Below, one piece after another: positions 25,011 through 35,286 of a DNA stretch of 47,516 nt (within the stretch, counting starts at the first letter, position 1; the number at the start of each line of letters is the position of its first letter). This DNA comes from Malacoraja senta (Eukaryota). The stretch spans positions 124,001-171,516 of the forward strand of contig JAXLNO010000423.1 of assembly GCA_038087875.1 (NCBI GenBank). Reading direction: 5' to 3'. The notes under the pieces were generated by a model, which saw only the letters and a program-made list of their open reading frames with translations, was not told where the DNA came from and searched no databases. The translations under genes and the position numbers were made by a program.

Positions 25011-26358
25011 ATTTTTCATGTTTTTGATCCGTATCTAGACAAATCAGTAAAACAAAAGAGGAGTAATTTAAAATCTAAGACTAGTGAACTTTTAAATACA
25101 TATATAAAAAACACTAATATAGTAGATGTATGGAGATCTGCTAATCCAGCTGGAAGGGAATACTCGTTTTACTCTTCGGTACATAAAACTTATTCAAGAA
25201 TTGATTATTTTTTAGTGGATATGAAATTAATGCCATATACAATTAATCCAACATACCACATTAGTAGTATTTCTGATCACTCCCCATTGACATTTTCAGT
25301 AAAATTCGAGGGAATGCCGGGTAAAAAAATGTTGGGAGGTTTAATACACATATTTTAATTGACATACAAGGTTATCAATATTTAAAACAACAAATGAAAC
25401 TTTTTTTTGATACAAATGATATGCCAGGTACCTCGCCTTCTTTATTATGGGAAACTTTTAAGGCATTTATTAGAGGAATTATAATTTCATACGAAATTTT
25501 TCAAAATAAAAAGAATAAGACAGAACAAATGTTGCTAGAACAAGAAATTAGACAGTTAGAGTTAGATAATGCTAAAGACCCCACTATAGATAAACATAAT
25601 AAGATAATATTACTGAAATTTAAACTTAATCGAATTCTATCGGCAAGAGTAATAAGATTATTCCAAATTACAAAACTGGAGTTTGGTGACAAACCACATA
25701 AGCTGTTAGCTCGTCAACTGAAAAAACAAGAAAAAGAAAATACTATAAATAAAATTAAATCAGAGAATGGTGAATTACTAATACTACCTAAAGATATTAA
25801 TAAAAGATTTGTTCAATTTTATCAAAATTTATATACATCAAAAACTAAAATAGAAGATAGTAAAATTTAAAAAAAAATTGATAATTGTAATCTTCCAAAA
25901 CTTGACCTTTTGGAACAAGAGGAACTTGGAGCGCAAATTACAATCGAAGAAATAGGTGAAACAATAAAATCGTTGAAAAATGGTAAGACACCAGGACCAG
26001 ACGGTTTTAGTAATGAATTTTATAAAAAAATTCATGAGATAACGACTCCTTATTTATTTAATTTATATACTCGCGCTTTTAAAGAAAATAAACTACCTGA
26101 AACATTAGCAGAATCAACTATTACGCTTATTCCAAAAAAAGATAAAGATCTAGAGGATCCGGGTTCATATAGAGCTATATCACTTTTAAATACAGATCAG
26201 AAAATTCTAGCAAAGACTTTAGCCAGAAGACTAATCAAATATATTAGTAAATTGATAAACCCTGATCAAACGGGGTTTATACCCAAATGATATTCATTTA
26301 ATAATTTGAGACGCTTGTTTAATATAATGTACTCACATAAAGTGGAGGAAGAAGATAT

Positions 26359-27232
26359 TGAAGCGGCACCAAACGTGGTGAATAAAGGTGAGACATCAGG
26401 CCGGTTCAAAGAGTTGTTTATTCAGTGGTGACACGTTAGGTTGGCGCTAACTATAATAACAGTGTTACTGCAGCTGAGCGAGGTTGTTCACTCGGGCTCA
26501 GCTACCGGTTGAATACCTTAAGGTCTCGAGGTGAGATGACCTTAAGTACCAGGACACTCCCTCTAGCCCATGACGTCACGTGCCCGCCCTCGTACTTCCT
26601 GACGAGGGTTCGAGCATAAGTGGCCCCTGTATAGGCTGGGTTGGCGGCAGCTTAGTTCGAGCTTCTCAACGGCCATTTTAGTTGTAGTTTAGTGTGGCCG
26701 CTTGTTCAGGAGGCCGCAGCGGCCATTTTGCCAGCCGGCTGAGGCGGCCTTCACCAGCAATTGAATCCCTGGGCCGGACAGGCAGCCAGCCAGTGCCCAG
26801 GGATCTTCGGAGTCCACGCCGGTGAGGAGGAGAAGGGCGTTTTCGGCAGGCGCCCCAGGTAAGCCCGCCCTATCGGGTGGCCAGGCCCTCGGCAGTGGCC
26901 GGTGGAGCCAGGTGCGGTGCAGGGCGTGGAGCCGTGGCTGCGGTGAGGCCAGGTGCGGTGCTGGGCGTGGAGCCGCGGCGAGCCTGTTGCAGTGCCAGGT
27001 CCGCGGTGAGGTGAGGCCAAGGCAGGGCCTGAAGTGGAGAGGCCCGGTGCAGTGCAGGGCATGGAGCCGTGTTCACGGTGCGAGGCCGGGGCCAGGTCCG
27101 TCTTGTGTGACGGCCGCCGAGCTCCCCCGCATGACCTGCCCGGAGCCGACTACCGGAGCGGAGAGGTTTTACCAGCCGCCGCTGCCCCAACAGCTGCTGC
27201 AGGAGCTGCGAGCGTAGCAGCCTCCTGCCCAC
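26359..27232. mobile_element. Unclassified ~870-bp insert (hairpin-rich end, promoter-motif cluster, GC-rich part)
   Basis: Interrupts the L1 codons GAAGATAT|AGCAATT. Contains TGACGTCACGTGCCCGCCC..ACTTCCTG and several hairpins. Confidence 0.6.
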
Positions 27233-27260
27233 AGCAATTATTTCTTTGGACGCAGAGAAG

Positions 27261-28230
27261 ATTAGAGATTAGAGATTCCTTTATTTGTCATTCAGACCTT
27301 TCGGTCTGAACGAAATTTCGTTGCCTGCAGTCATACATATAATAAACACACAATAAACACAAATTAACATCCACCACAGTGAGTTCACCAGGCACCTCCT
27401 CACTGTGATGGAGGCAAAAGTCTTAAAGTCTCTGTCTCTTCCCTCTTTGTTCTCCCTCTGCGCTGAGGCAATCCAGGCTTCTGATGCTGTGACCCCGCCG
27501 GGCGACGGTAAGTCAGTACCGCGGCTGAATCCGTGCTCCGCGACGGGCCGGCTCAAACTCCGCGGCCCGGGGTGGCCGAAGCTGCCGAAGCTGCCGCCCT
27601 CCAGTCCAGCGGACGCAGCTGCAGTTGCGAGAGCCCCAGAAAAACAGGTCACCAACCTGTGACCTGCGCGCTCCCGACGGTGTCGTCCACTGGGCCCGCG
27701 GCCGAGATTCCGGATTCAGGTCGCCACCAGTGTCCTCGGTCGCCACCGCCGGAACGCCACCGCAGCCCCGAAGTTGGCCAGCCTCGCGCTCCCAAAGATG
27801 TCGTCCACTGGGCCGGCTGCGGCCGAGCCTCCGGATTCAGGTCGCCACCAGTGTCCTCGGTCGCCACCGCCGGAACGCCACCGCAGCCCCGAAGTTGGCC
27901 AGCCTCGCGCTGGTAAGTCCTGGCTCTGCCTCCGGAGCCTCGAGGTCGGTCGGTCGCTCGCAACTACAGCTCGCAGCTGGAGTTGGAGGCCGGCAGCTCC
28001 GCCATTTTGGCCTCAGCGCAGACGGAGGCAGAGAAGGGGGATACGACAAGAAAAAGTCGCATTCCCCCGAAGGAAGAGACAAAAGTCATGTTTCACCCCC
28101 CCACCCACACATACACAACCCAATAAACTAAAATTTAACTAAAACAGGACAAAAGAAAACAACAAAAAAAGTAAAAACAGACGGACTGCAGGCGAGCCGC
28201 TGCTGTACGACAGCGCCGCCACTTCCGGAT
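27261..28230 (-). mobile_element. Non-coding GC-rich retroposon, copy 2 (divergent subfamily; internal ~120-bp tandem duplication at 27680-27911)
   Basis: Splits L1 at GAGAAG|GCATTT. Minus 5' end CCGGAAGTGGCGGCG...CTGCAGTCCGTCTG; 3' end AATTTCG-[TTCAGACC GAAA GGTCTGAA]-TGACAAATAAA-(AATCTCT)n. Confidence 0.8.
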
Positions 28231-29611
28231 GCATTTGATCAGGTAGAATGGCAGTATTTATACAAAGTATTGCAAAAATTTAATATGGGAGAGAATTTTA
28301 TTACATGGGTGAAATTATTATATGATAAACCGATGGCAAGAATATTGACTAATAATATGTTATCTCAAAAATTTCAATTATCAAGGGGTAATAGGCAGGG
28401 ATGTGCGTTATCACCCCTGCTATTTGCCCTTATGATAGAACCTTTGGCTGAAAGTATATGAAGTTATCCGAATATTCAGGGTTATAATACTAGGGACTCA
28501 AATAATAAAATTTCATTATATGCAGACGATATTCTTTTATATATTACAAAATCACAAACGAGCATACCAAATGTATTAAACTTAATAGAGGAATTTGGGT
28601 CCTTTTCTGGATATAGAATAAATTGGAATAAAAGTGAAATCATGACGTTAAAACCTCAAGAACCTATACACTTATTGAAGTTCCCCTTTAAAATAGCAAC
28701 AGAAAAATGTAAATATCTGGGTATTCCAGATTACGAGAAAACATAAAGCTTTATTCAATGCTAATTTTATACCTTTATTAAACAAACTTTATATACTGAT
28801 TAAATTTTGGAAAACACTTCCTTTATCATTAATAGGTAGAATAAATGCTATAAAAATGATCTTTCTACCACAACTATTATACCTATTTCAGTCTATACCA
28901 GTATATATACCAAAATATATATTTTTTAAATTACTCTAATATTACTAATTTTATTTGGGATTATAAATCACATAGAATTAAAAAAGAACACTTATGTAAA
29001 CCAAAAGATGTAGGGGGACTTTCACTCCCGAATTTTCTGTATTATTATTGGGCAATACATATTAAGAATATAATTTACTGGTTGGATAGTTCTACGCAAC
29101 AGACAGAATGGATAAAAAAGGAGAAAGAGGATTGTTTTCCTTGTAATATAGGAACGATCCTCTTCTCCCCGAAAAAACTGAACAATACAATATATAAGAA
29201 GAACCCAATTATACATGATACAATAAGAATATGGAAACAAATAAAATTATCCTTAAAATTAAGAAACCTATCATTGTTAATACCAATAGCAAATAATCCT
29301 TTATTTAAACCATCTCTTATGGACAAAACATATAATCAATGGGAAAGTTTAGGAATTAAAAGGATCGGGGATATGTATGAAATGGGAAATTTATTATCAT
29401 TTCAACAATTACAATTAAAATTGAAAATTGAAAAACAACCATTATTTTAAATATCTTCAGATTTGCGATTTCTTGAAGAAATACATACAAGGATATCAAA
29501 AAATAACTCCTGATTTATTGGAAGAAGCAATGAATATTAAAGCTGATGCACAAAAATTAATATCATATTTATATAATAGTATTTTAAATATAGACCTACC
29601 AACGACAGAGG

Positions 29612-32312
29612 CAAGGCAAGGCAAGGCAAGTTTATTTGTATAGCACCTTTCAACCACAAGGTAATTCAAAGTGCTTTACATAAAACATTTAAAGCATTTG
29701 AAAGAAACACATATAAAATGACATTTAGATATAAAATGATTATTAGATTATTCAGATAATAATTACAAAATTAAAAGCAATCAAATAAAATATTTAAAAT
29801 AGAATAAAACCAGGAATAGAAGTTACAGTGCAGTATAGGTAATTAATACATTTTATTGTTTACTGAAAGGCAGCGGCAAACTGAAAAGTCTTCAGTCTAG
29901 ATTAAAAACTGAGAGGCAGCAGACCTGCAGTTTTCTGGGAGTTTGTTCCAGATATGTGGTGCATAAAAACTAAATGCTGCCTCTCCATGTTTAGTTCTGA
30001 CTTTGGGGACACAGAGCAGACCTGTCCCAGACGATCTGAGAGGTCTGGGTGGTTCGTAGCTAAGCAGAAGATCAGAAATGTATTTTGGCCCTAAACCATT
30101 CAGTGCTTTGTAAACCAACAGTAGTATTTTGAAATCAATTCTTTGACAGACAGGAAGCCAGTGTAAAGACCTCAGAACTGGAGTAATGTGATCTACTTTT
30201 TTGGTCTTAGTGAGGACTCGAGCAGCAGCGTTCTGAATTAACTGCAGCTGTCGGATCGACTTTTTAGGGAGACCTGTAAAGACACTGTTACAGTAGTCGA
30301 GCCTGCTGAAGATAAATGCATGGACAAGTTTTTCCAAATCCTGCTGAGACATAAGACCCTTAATCCTTGATATATTCCTCAGGTGATAGTAGGCTGACTT
30401 TGTGACTGTTTTCATGTGGCTGTTGAAGTTCAGGTCTGAGTCCATGACTACTCCTAAGTTTCTGGCTTGTTTTGTTGTTTTTAGCATTACCAGTTCAAGC
30501 TGGGTGCTAACTTTTAATCGTTCTTCCTTGGCTCCAAAAACAATTATTTCAGTTTTTTCTTTGTTTAATTGGAGAAAATTCTGGTTCATCCAATCGTTGA
30601 TTTGCTCAATGCATCTACTCAGTGCTTGTATTGGACTATAGTCTCCTGGTGATATTGTTATGTAGATTTGTGTGTCGTCTGCGTAACTATGGTAACATAT
30701 TTTGATGTTTTTCATGATCTGAGCCAGTGGAAGCATGTAGATGTTAAACAGAAGAGGCCCCAGAATGGAGCCCTGGGGAACTCCACATGTATTTTTTGCA
30801 CGCTCAGATGTGTAATTACCTATAGACACAAAGTAGTCCCTGTCCTTCAAGTAGGATTCAAACCATTTTAATGCTGTGCCCGAAAGTCCCACCCAGTTTT
30901 CCAGACGGTCTAGTAATATGTTGTGATCGACTGTGTCGAATGCAGCACTGAGATCTAGTAATACTAAGACTGAAATTTTGCCATTGTCTGTGTTTAAGTG
31001 AACGTCATTGAAGACCTTAACAAGAGCCGTCTCGGTGCTGTGATGTGGTCTAAATCCTGACTGGAAGACATCAAAACAGCTGTTCATTAACATGAAATTG
31101 TTCAGCTGCTTAAAAACAGCTTTTTCAATGATTTTACTGAGAAATGGGAGGTTTGATATTGGTCTGTAATTGTTCAGTAGTGAAGTGTCTAAGTTCTTCT
31201 TTTTTAAGAGAGGCTTGATAACAGCAGTTTTCAGGGCCTGTGGAAAGACACCTGAGAGAAGAGACGTGTTTACAATCTGTAGAAGGTCTGAGGTCATGCA
31301 GTTTGATACACCTTTGAAAAGGCCAGTTGGTAGAATATCGAGGCAGCAGGAGGAGGATTTCAAATGTTGTATAATGTCCTCCAAGGTTTTATGGTTAATA
31401 ACATAAAATTGTGTCATGGTATTTGAATTGATTATAGCTGGACACATGGACAACACATGTCCTGCACCTGATGTGGAGGCACTGACTGCTTGCCTAATTT
31501 TCTGAATTTTGTCAGTGAAGAAGGAGGCAAATTCATTACAGGCCCTTGTGGAAAGCAGTTCTGGGGCTACTGACACAGGAGGGTTTGTTAGCCTGTCGAC
31601 AGTAGTAAACAAGGCCCGTGCATTATTATTGTTTTTGGCAATTATGTCAGAGAAGAAGGATTGCCTTGCATTTCTCAGTTCCAAGTTGTAGATGCGAAGT
31701 CTTTCTTTATAGATGTAAAAGTGAACCTGGAGATTTGTTTTCCGCCACCTACGTTCAGCTTTCCGACACTCTCTTTTTTCAATTTTTACCAATGTGGCGT
31801 TTCTCCATGGAGACTTCTTTTTGCCAGGGACAACTTTCACCTTAGTGGGTGCAATGGCATCAATAATATTTGTAATTTTCACATTGAAATTATCAACAAG
31901 CTCATTTACTGAGACCCAGGGGAGAGTGGGCGTGGAGGAGAAAGCCTGAATAAATGTTCCACAGGTGTTTTCTGTTATGTACCGTTTTGTGATTACTTTT
32001 CTTTGAACATTAGTCTGCACAGAGATAGCACTCTCAAAGAAAACACAGGAATGATCAGAGAGGGCAGCATCAATCACAACAACCTTAGAAATGCTAACAC
32101 CCTTGGACATGACTAAGTCCAGAGTGTGACCTTTGTTGTGTGTGGGCTCCGTCACATGCTGATTCAGTCCATAGTTATCAATGGCACAATACAATTCTTT
32201 AGTCCCTTTGTCATGGAGTTTGTCAACATGAATGTTAAAATCACCAACTATAACTACACAGTCAAAGTCTATACAGATTGTAGACAGTAGTTCAGAAAAT
32301 TCGTCAAAAATT
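29612..32312 (-). mobile_element. 5'-truncated L2-clade LINE with 9-bp TSD and (TTGCC)n tail
   Basis: TSD CGACAGAGG at 29603-29611 and 32313-32321. 3' end TGTAAAGCACTTTG...GTGCTATACAAATAAAC(TTGCC)n. Confidence 0.93.
29897..32194 (-). CDS. L2 ORF2 (partial APE + RT), 765 aa open; 5'-truncated, probable frameshift at the extreme C-terminus
   Basis: [75 protein letters not shown]. The frame stays open to the truncation point (IVGDFNIH). Confidence 0.85.
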   Translation of the reverse strand: MYCAIDNYGLNQHVTEPTHNKGHTLDLVMSKGVSISKVVVIDAALSDHSCVFFESAISVQTNVQRKVITKRYITENTCGTFIQAFSSTPTLPWVSVNELVDNFNVKITNIIDAIAPTKVKVVPGKKKSPWRNATLVKIEKRECRKAERRWRKTNLQVHFYIYKERLRIYNLELRNARQSFFSDIIAKNNNNARALFTTVDRLTNPPVSVAPELLSTRACNEFASFFTDKIQKIRQAVSASTSGAGHVLSMCPAIINSNTMTQFYVINHKTLEDIIQHLKSSSCCLDILPTGLFKGVSNCMTSDLLQIVNTSLLSGVFPQALKTAVIKPLLKKKNLDTSLLNNYRPISNLPFLSKIIEKAVFKQLNNFMLMNSCFDVFQSGFRPHHSTETALVKVFNDVHLNTDNGKISVLVLLDLSAAFDTVDHNILLDRLENWVGLSGTALKWFESYLKDRDYFVSIGNYTSERAKNTCGVPQGSILGPLLFNIYMLPLAQIMKNIKICYHSYADDTQIYITISPGDYSPIQALSRCIEQINDWMNQNFLQLNKEKTEIIVFGAKEERLKVSTQLELVMLKTTKQARNLGVVMDSDLNFNSHMKTVTKSAYYHLRNISRIKGLMSQQDLEKLVHAFIFSRLDYCNSVFTGLPKKSIRQLQLIQNAAARVLTKTKKVDHITPVLRSLHWLPVCQRIDFKILLLVYKALNGLGPKYISDLLLSYEPPRPLRSSGTGLLCVPKVRTKHGEAAFSFYAPHIWNKLPENCRSAASQFLI

Positions 32313-33080
32313 CGACAGAGGTACTTAGAGAAGAGTGGGAACGGGAATTAATGATAAAAATTACGAAGGTTACATGGGAAAAGTATTTGATATACATTCA
32401 CAAATGTTCGATTAATGCAAGACATAATCTAATTAAATTAAAAATTTTAAATAGATTATATTATTCAAAAACAAGATTAATTGAATTCTATCCAAATATA
32501 TCCCCCACTTGCGATAAGTGTTTAACCCAAAACGCAACTATAACACACTCTTTTGTTTCCTGTATAAAACTTTATAGATTCTGGAGTGATATTTTCGAAA
32601 TATTTACAAAATTATTTAAGATAAAAATGGAACCTAATAATGAATTAATTATATTTGAGGTAATGGAAGATGGGAATAAATTGAATCCATCTCAAAAATT
32701 ATTTTTTAATTATGGTTTAATAATAGCAAAAAAATTAATACTTAAATTTTGGAAAAATACACCAATACCAACGCTCAAAATGTGGATTTCAAGTATGTTG
32801 GATACCGCACATCTTGAGGAAATGCGATTCCTCCTAATAGATAAATCTGACCAATTCATAACGAGTTGGTCTCCATTTGTCGTCTTTTTGGAATCATATG
32901 GTGCAACACAATTGTAAAAGCTAACTGTCTCGTGACTGGGCGAGGGATGATCAAGATTATAAATAAGATCTCCTTACTTCTTTTTTCTTTTTCTTCCTTT
33001 TTTCTTTTTCTCTCTTTTTCCTATTTTCTACTCTTTAACTTTCTACTTTCATTCTCTATTCTTCTTCTCCACACACTATA

Positions 33081-33960
33081 TGGTGGGCGGCGCGACTTTT
33101 CGTTGCAGCGGCCTCTGCAGTCCGTCTGCCTTTTTATTATTTTTGTCTCGTTTTTATGTAGTTTTTATTTATTTTTTTTGTCGGGGTATGTGTGTGGGGG
33201 GGTGGGGGTGGGGGTGGGGGGGGGAAACTTTAAAATCTTTCCGCTGCACGGGAGACCCGACCTTTTCTTTGTCGGGTCTCCGTTGTCGTTGGGGCTGGGC
33301 AACGTGGAGCGGCCTCCAGCAGGAACGACCTGGGGCTCCCGTGGAGCTGCGGACTACTCACCGTCGCGGGGCTGGCCGAGTCCGGAGCGGGTGGAGCTGT
33401 GGTGGAGACAATCGCTGCTGCGACCCGACCGCCGGAGATTCGGAGGCTACAACCGCGGGTCTGGCGGACGGCAACACTGGAAGCCCGCGGGTCCCCTGGT
33501 GGGAGACTGCTTTTCGGGGCTTCCGCAGCGGCGACTTCTCCCGCCCGAGTTGCGGGGTTGAGGAGCACCTGGAGCGGGGCTTTATACCCTCGCGCGGCTT
33601 GGAATGGCTGCCGGACTTTGCGGGCGAGCGCCGGGGCTCTAACACCAAGACCCGGTGCGCGACCTTGCATCACCCGGCGTGGCTTTAATGGCTGCGGGAC
33701 AATCACCATCGCCCGCCGGGGGCTTTGACTTTGACTCTGACATCGGGGGGGGGGAGTGCAGTGGAGAGATACGTTATTTTTGCCTTCCATCACAGCGTTG
33801 TGATGGATGTATGTGTAAATTGTGTTGTGTCTCGGGTCTTCTTTGTTTTGTATTGTATGGCTGCAGAAACGACATTTCGTTTGGACCTCAAGGGGTCCAA
33901 ATGACAAATTTGTCCCTCAAAAGACAAATAAATTGAATTGGAATTGAATTGAATTGGAAT
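33081..33960 (+). mobile_element. Non-coding GC-rich retroposon, copy 3, in the L1 3' UTR
   Basis: 5' end GGTGGGCGGCGCGAC...CTGCAGTCCGTCTG; 3' end ATTTCG-[TTTGGACCT CAAG GGGTCCAAA]-TGACAAAT..AATAAA-(AATTG)n. Confidence 0.8.
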
Positions 33961-34120
33961 ATATCTCACGTTTTTCTATACTTTATTATCTAATTTATTT
34001 TTATTTTTCCTCTTTACTAAAATATAAAAATAAGAAGCTGTACATAAAATGTATTATGAAAATATGATTGTATACAATTGTACTTACTTCTAATAAAATA
34101 AAAATATTTTAAAAAAAATA

Positions 34121-34800
34121 AAAGGCGAGGCAAACAATTTGGCTGCAGCCACCTGACAACCAAAATTCATTTTGTGAACACAAACTTTTTTTGAAGGCGA
34201 GGCAAACAATTGGGCTGCAGCCACCTGACAACCAAAATTCATTTTGTGAAAACAAACTTTTTAAAAATATGAGGCAAACAATTGGGCTGCAGCCACCTGA
34301 CAACCAAAATTCATTTTGTGAACACAAACTTTTTAAAAATGCGAGGCAAACAATTGGGCTGCAGCCACCTGACAACCAAAATTCAATTTGTGAACACAAA
34401 CTTTTTTAAAAGGCGAGGCAAACAATTGGGCTGCAGCCACCTGACAACCAAAATTCATTTTGTGAACACAAACTTTTTAAAAAGGCGAGGCAAACAATTG
34501 GGCAGCAGTCACCTGACAACCGAAATTCATTTTGTGAACACAAACTTTTTAAAAAGGCGAGGCAAGCAATTGGGCAGCAGCCACCTGACAATCGAAATTC
34601 ATTTTGTAAACAAAAACTTTTTAAAAAGGCGAGGCAAACAATTGGGCAGCAGCCACGTGACAACCAAAATTCATTTTGTGAACACAAACTTTTTAGAAAG
34701 GCGAGGCAAACAATTGGGCAGCAGCCACCTGACAACCAAAATTCATTTTGTCAACACAAACGTTTTAAAAAGGCGAGGCAAACAATTGGGCGGCAGCCAC
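34121..34800. repeat. Tandem repeat C (~72-bp unit), right part
   Basis: Same unit as 24465-25010; 24-aa periodicity in ORF 34282-34836. Confidence 0.95.
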
Positions 34801-34820
34801 TTTCCAGTCGCATCGAGGGG

Positions 34821-34934
34821 ACTCACCGTGGAGTAGACTGCGTTCAGTGTTATTCGCAGCTCAGAGAGCCATGACCCTCTCGCTTCCTGGGTCTGGCAGA
34901 GACTGAGTGAGGCACTACACTTCCGGGTTTTATA
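34821..34934 (-). promoter_or_regulatory. Helitron-borne TATA-ETS-Inr-exon 1-splice donor cassette (copy 2)
   Basis: TATAAAA starts at 34934, then CCGGAAGTG (ETS), Inr TCAGTC with A at 34904 (30 nt), and donor ACG|GTGAGT at 34827/34826. Confidence 0.6.
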
Positions 34935-35244
34935 GTCCCTCCCCCCTGCCGCCCGCGGGGGCAGCAGAGAGAATGGTGAATTTTTTTAAAACATTAATAT
35001 CTCTCTGATTTTTCATCCAGTCACGGAAGGCGAAGGGGGGCTCTGAGCGAGGTGGGAAAAATGACGGCCGTAGGTAGCGGCGTTCTCTCGGAAATCACAG
35101 CACAGCGGGCCAAAAGCGGTCAAGATCAGACTTTTAGTAATATAGATATATATATACACACACACACATATATTCATACACATAAATATTATATATATAT
35201 ATATACACAAATACACAAATACTCAAAAAAAATAATAGTAGTGC

Positions 35245-35286
<42 letters not shown>

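Larger units (their letters stand above)
25012..34120 (+). mobile_element. 5'-truncated L1-clade LINE (ORF2 pseudogene, 3' UTR, A-rich tail) with four nested insertions
   Basis: YSRIDYF, KTPGPDGF, YRAISLLNTDQKILAK, SLDAEK|AFD, RQGCALSPLLFAL, YADD and C-terminal CDKC...H..C (32351-32917). AATAAA and an A-run lie at ~34092-34120. Confidence 0.92.
24223..35146 (-). mobile_element. Non-autonomous Helitron, copy 2 (interrupted by L1)
   Basis: A|TCTATATTACTAAAAG at 35146; hairpin TGGGACCC-GTT-GGGTCCCA; CTAG|T at 24223; inserted at an AT dinucleotide. Confidence 0.87.

Noticed and set aside
33081..33135. HDV-like ribozyme at the 5' end of the non-coding retroposons
   Set aside because: Only a simple hairpin is conserved; no P3/L3/J4-2 arrangement could be built.
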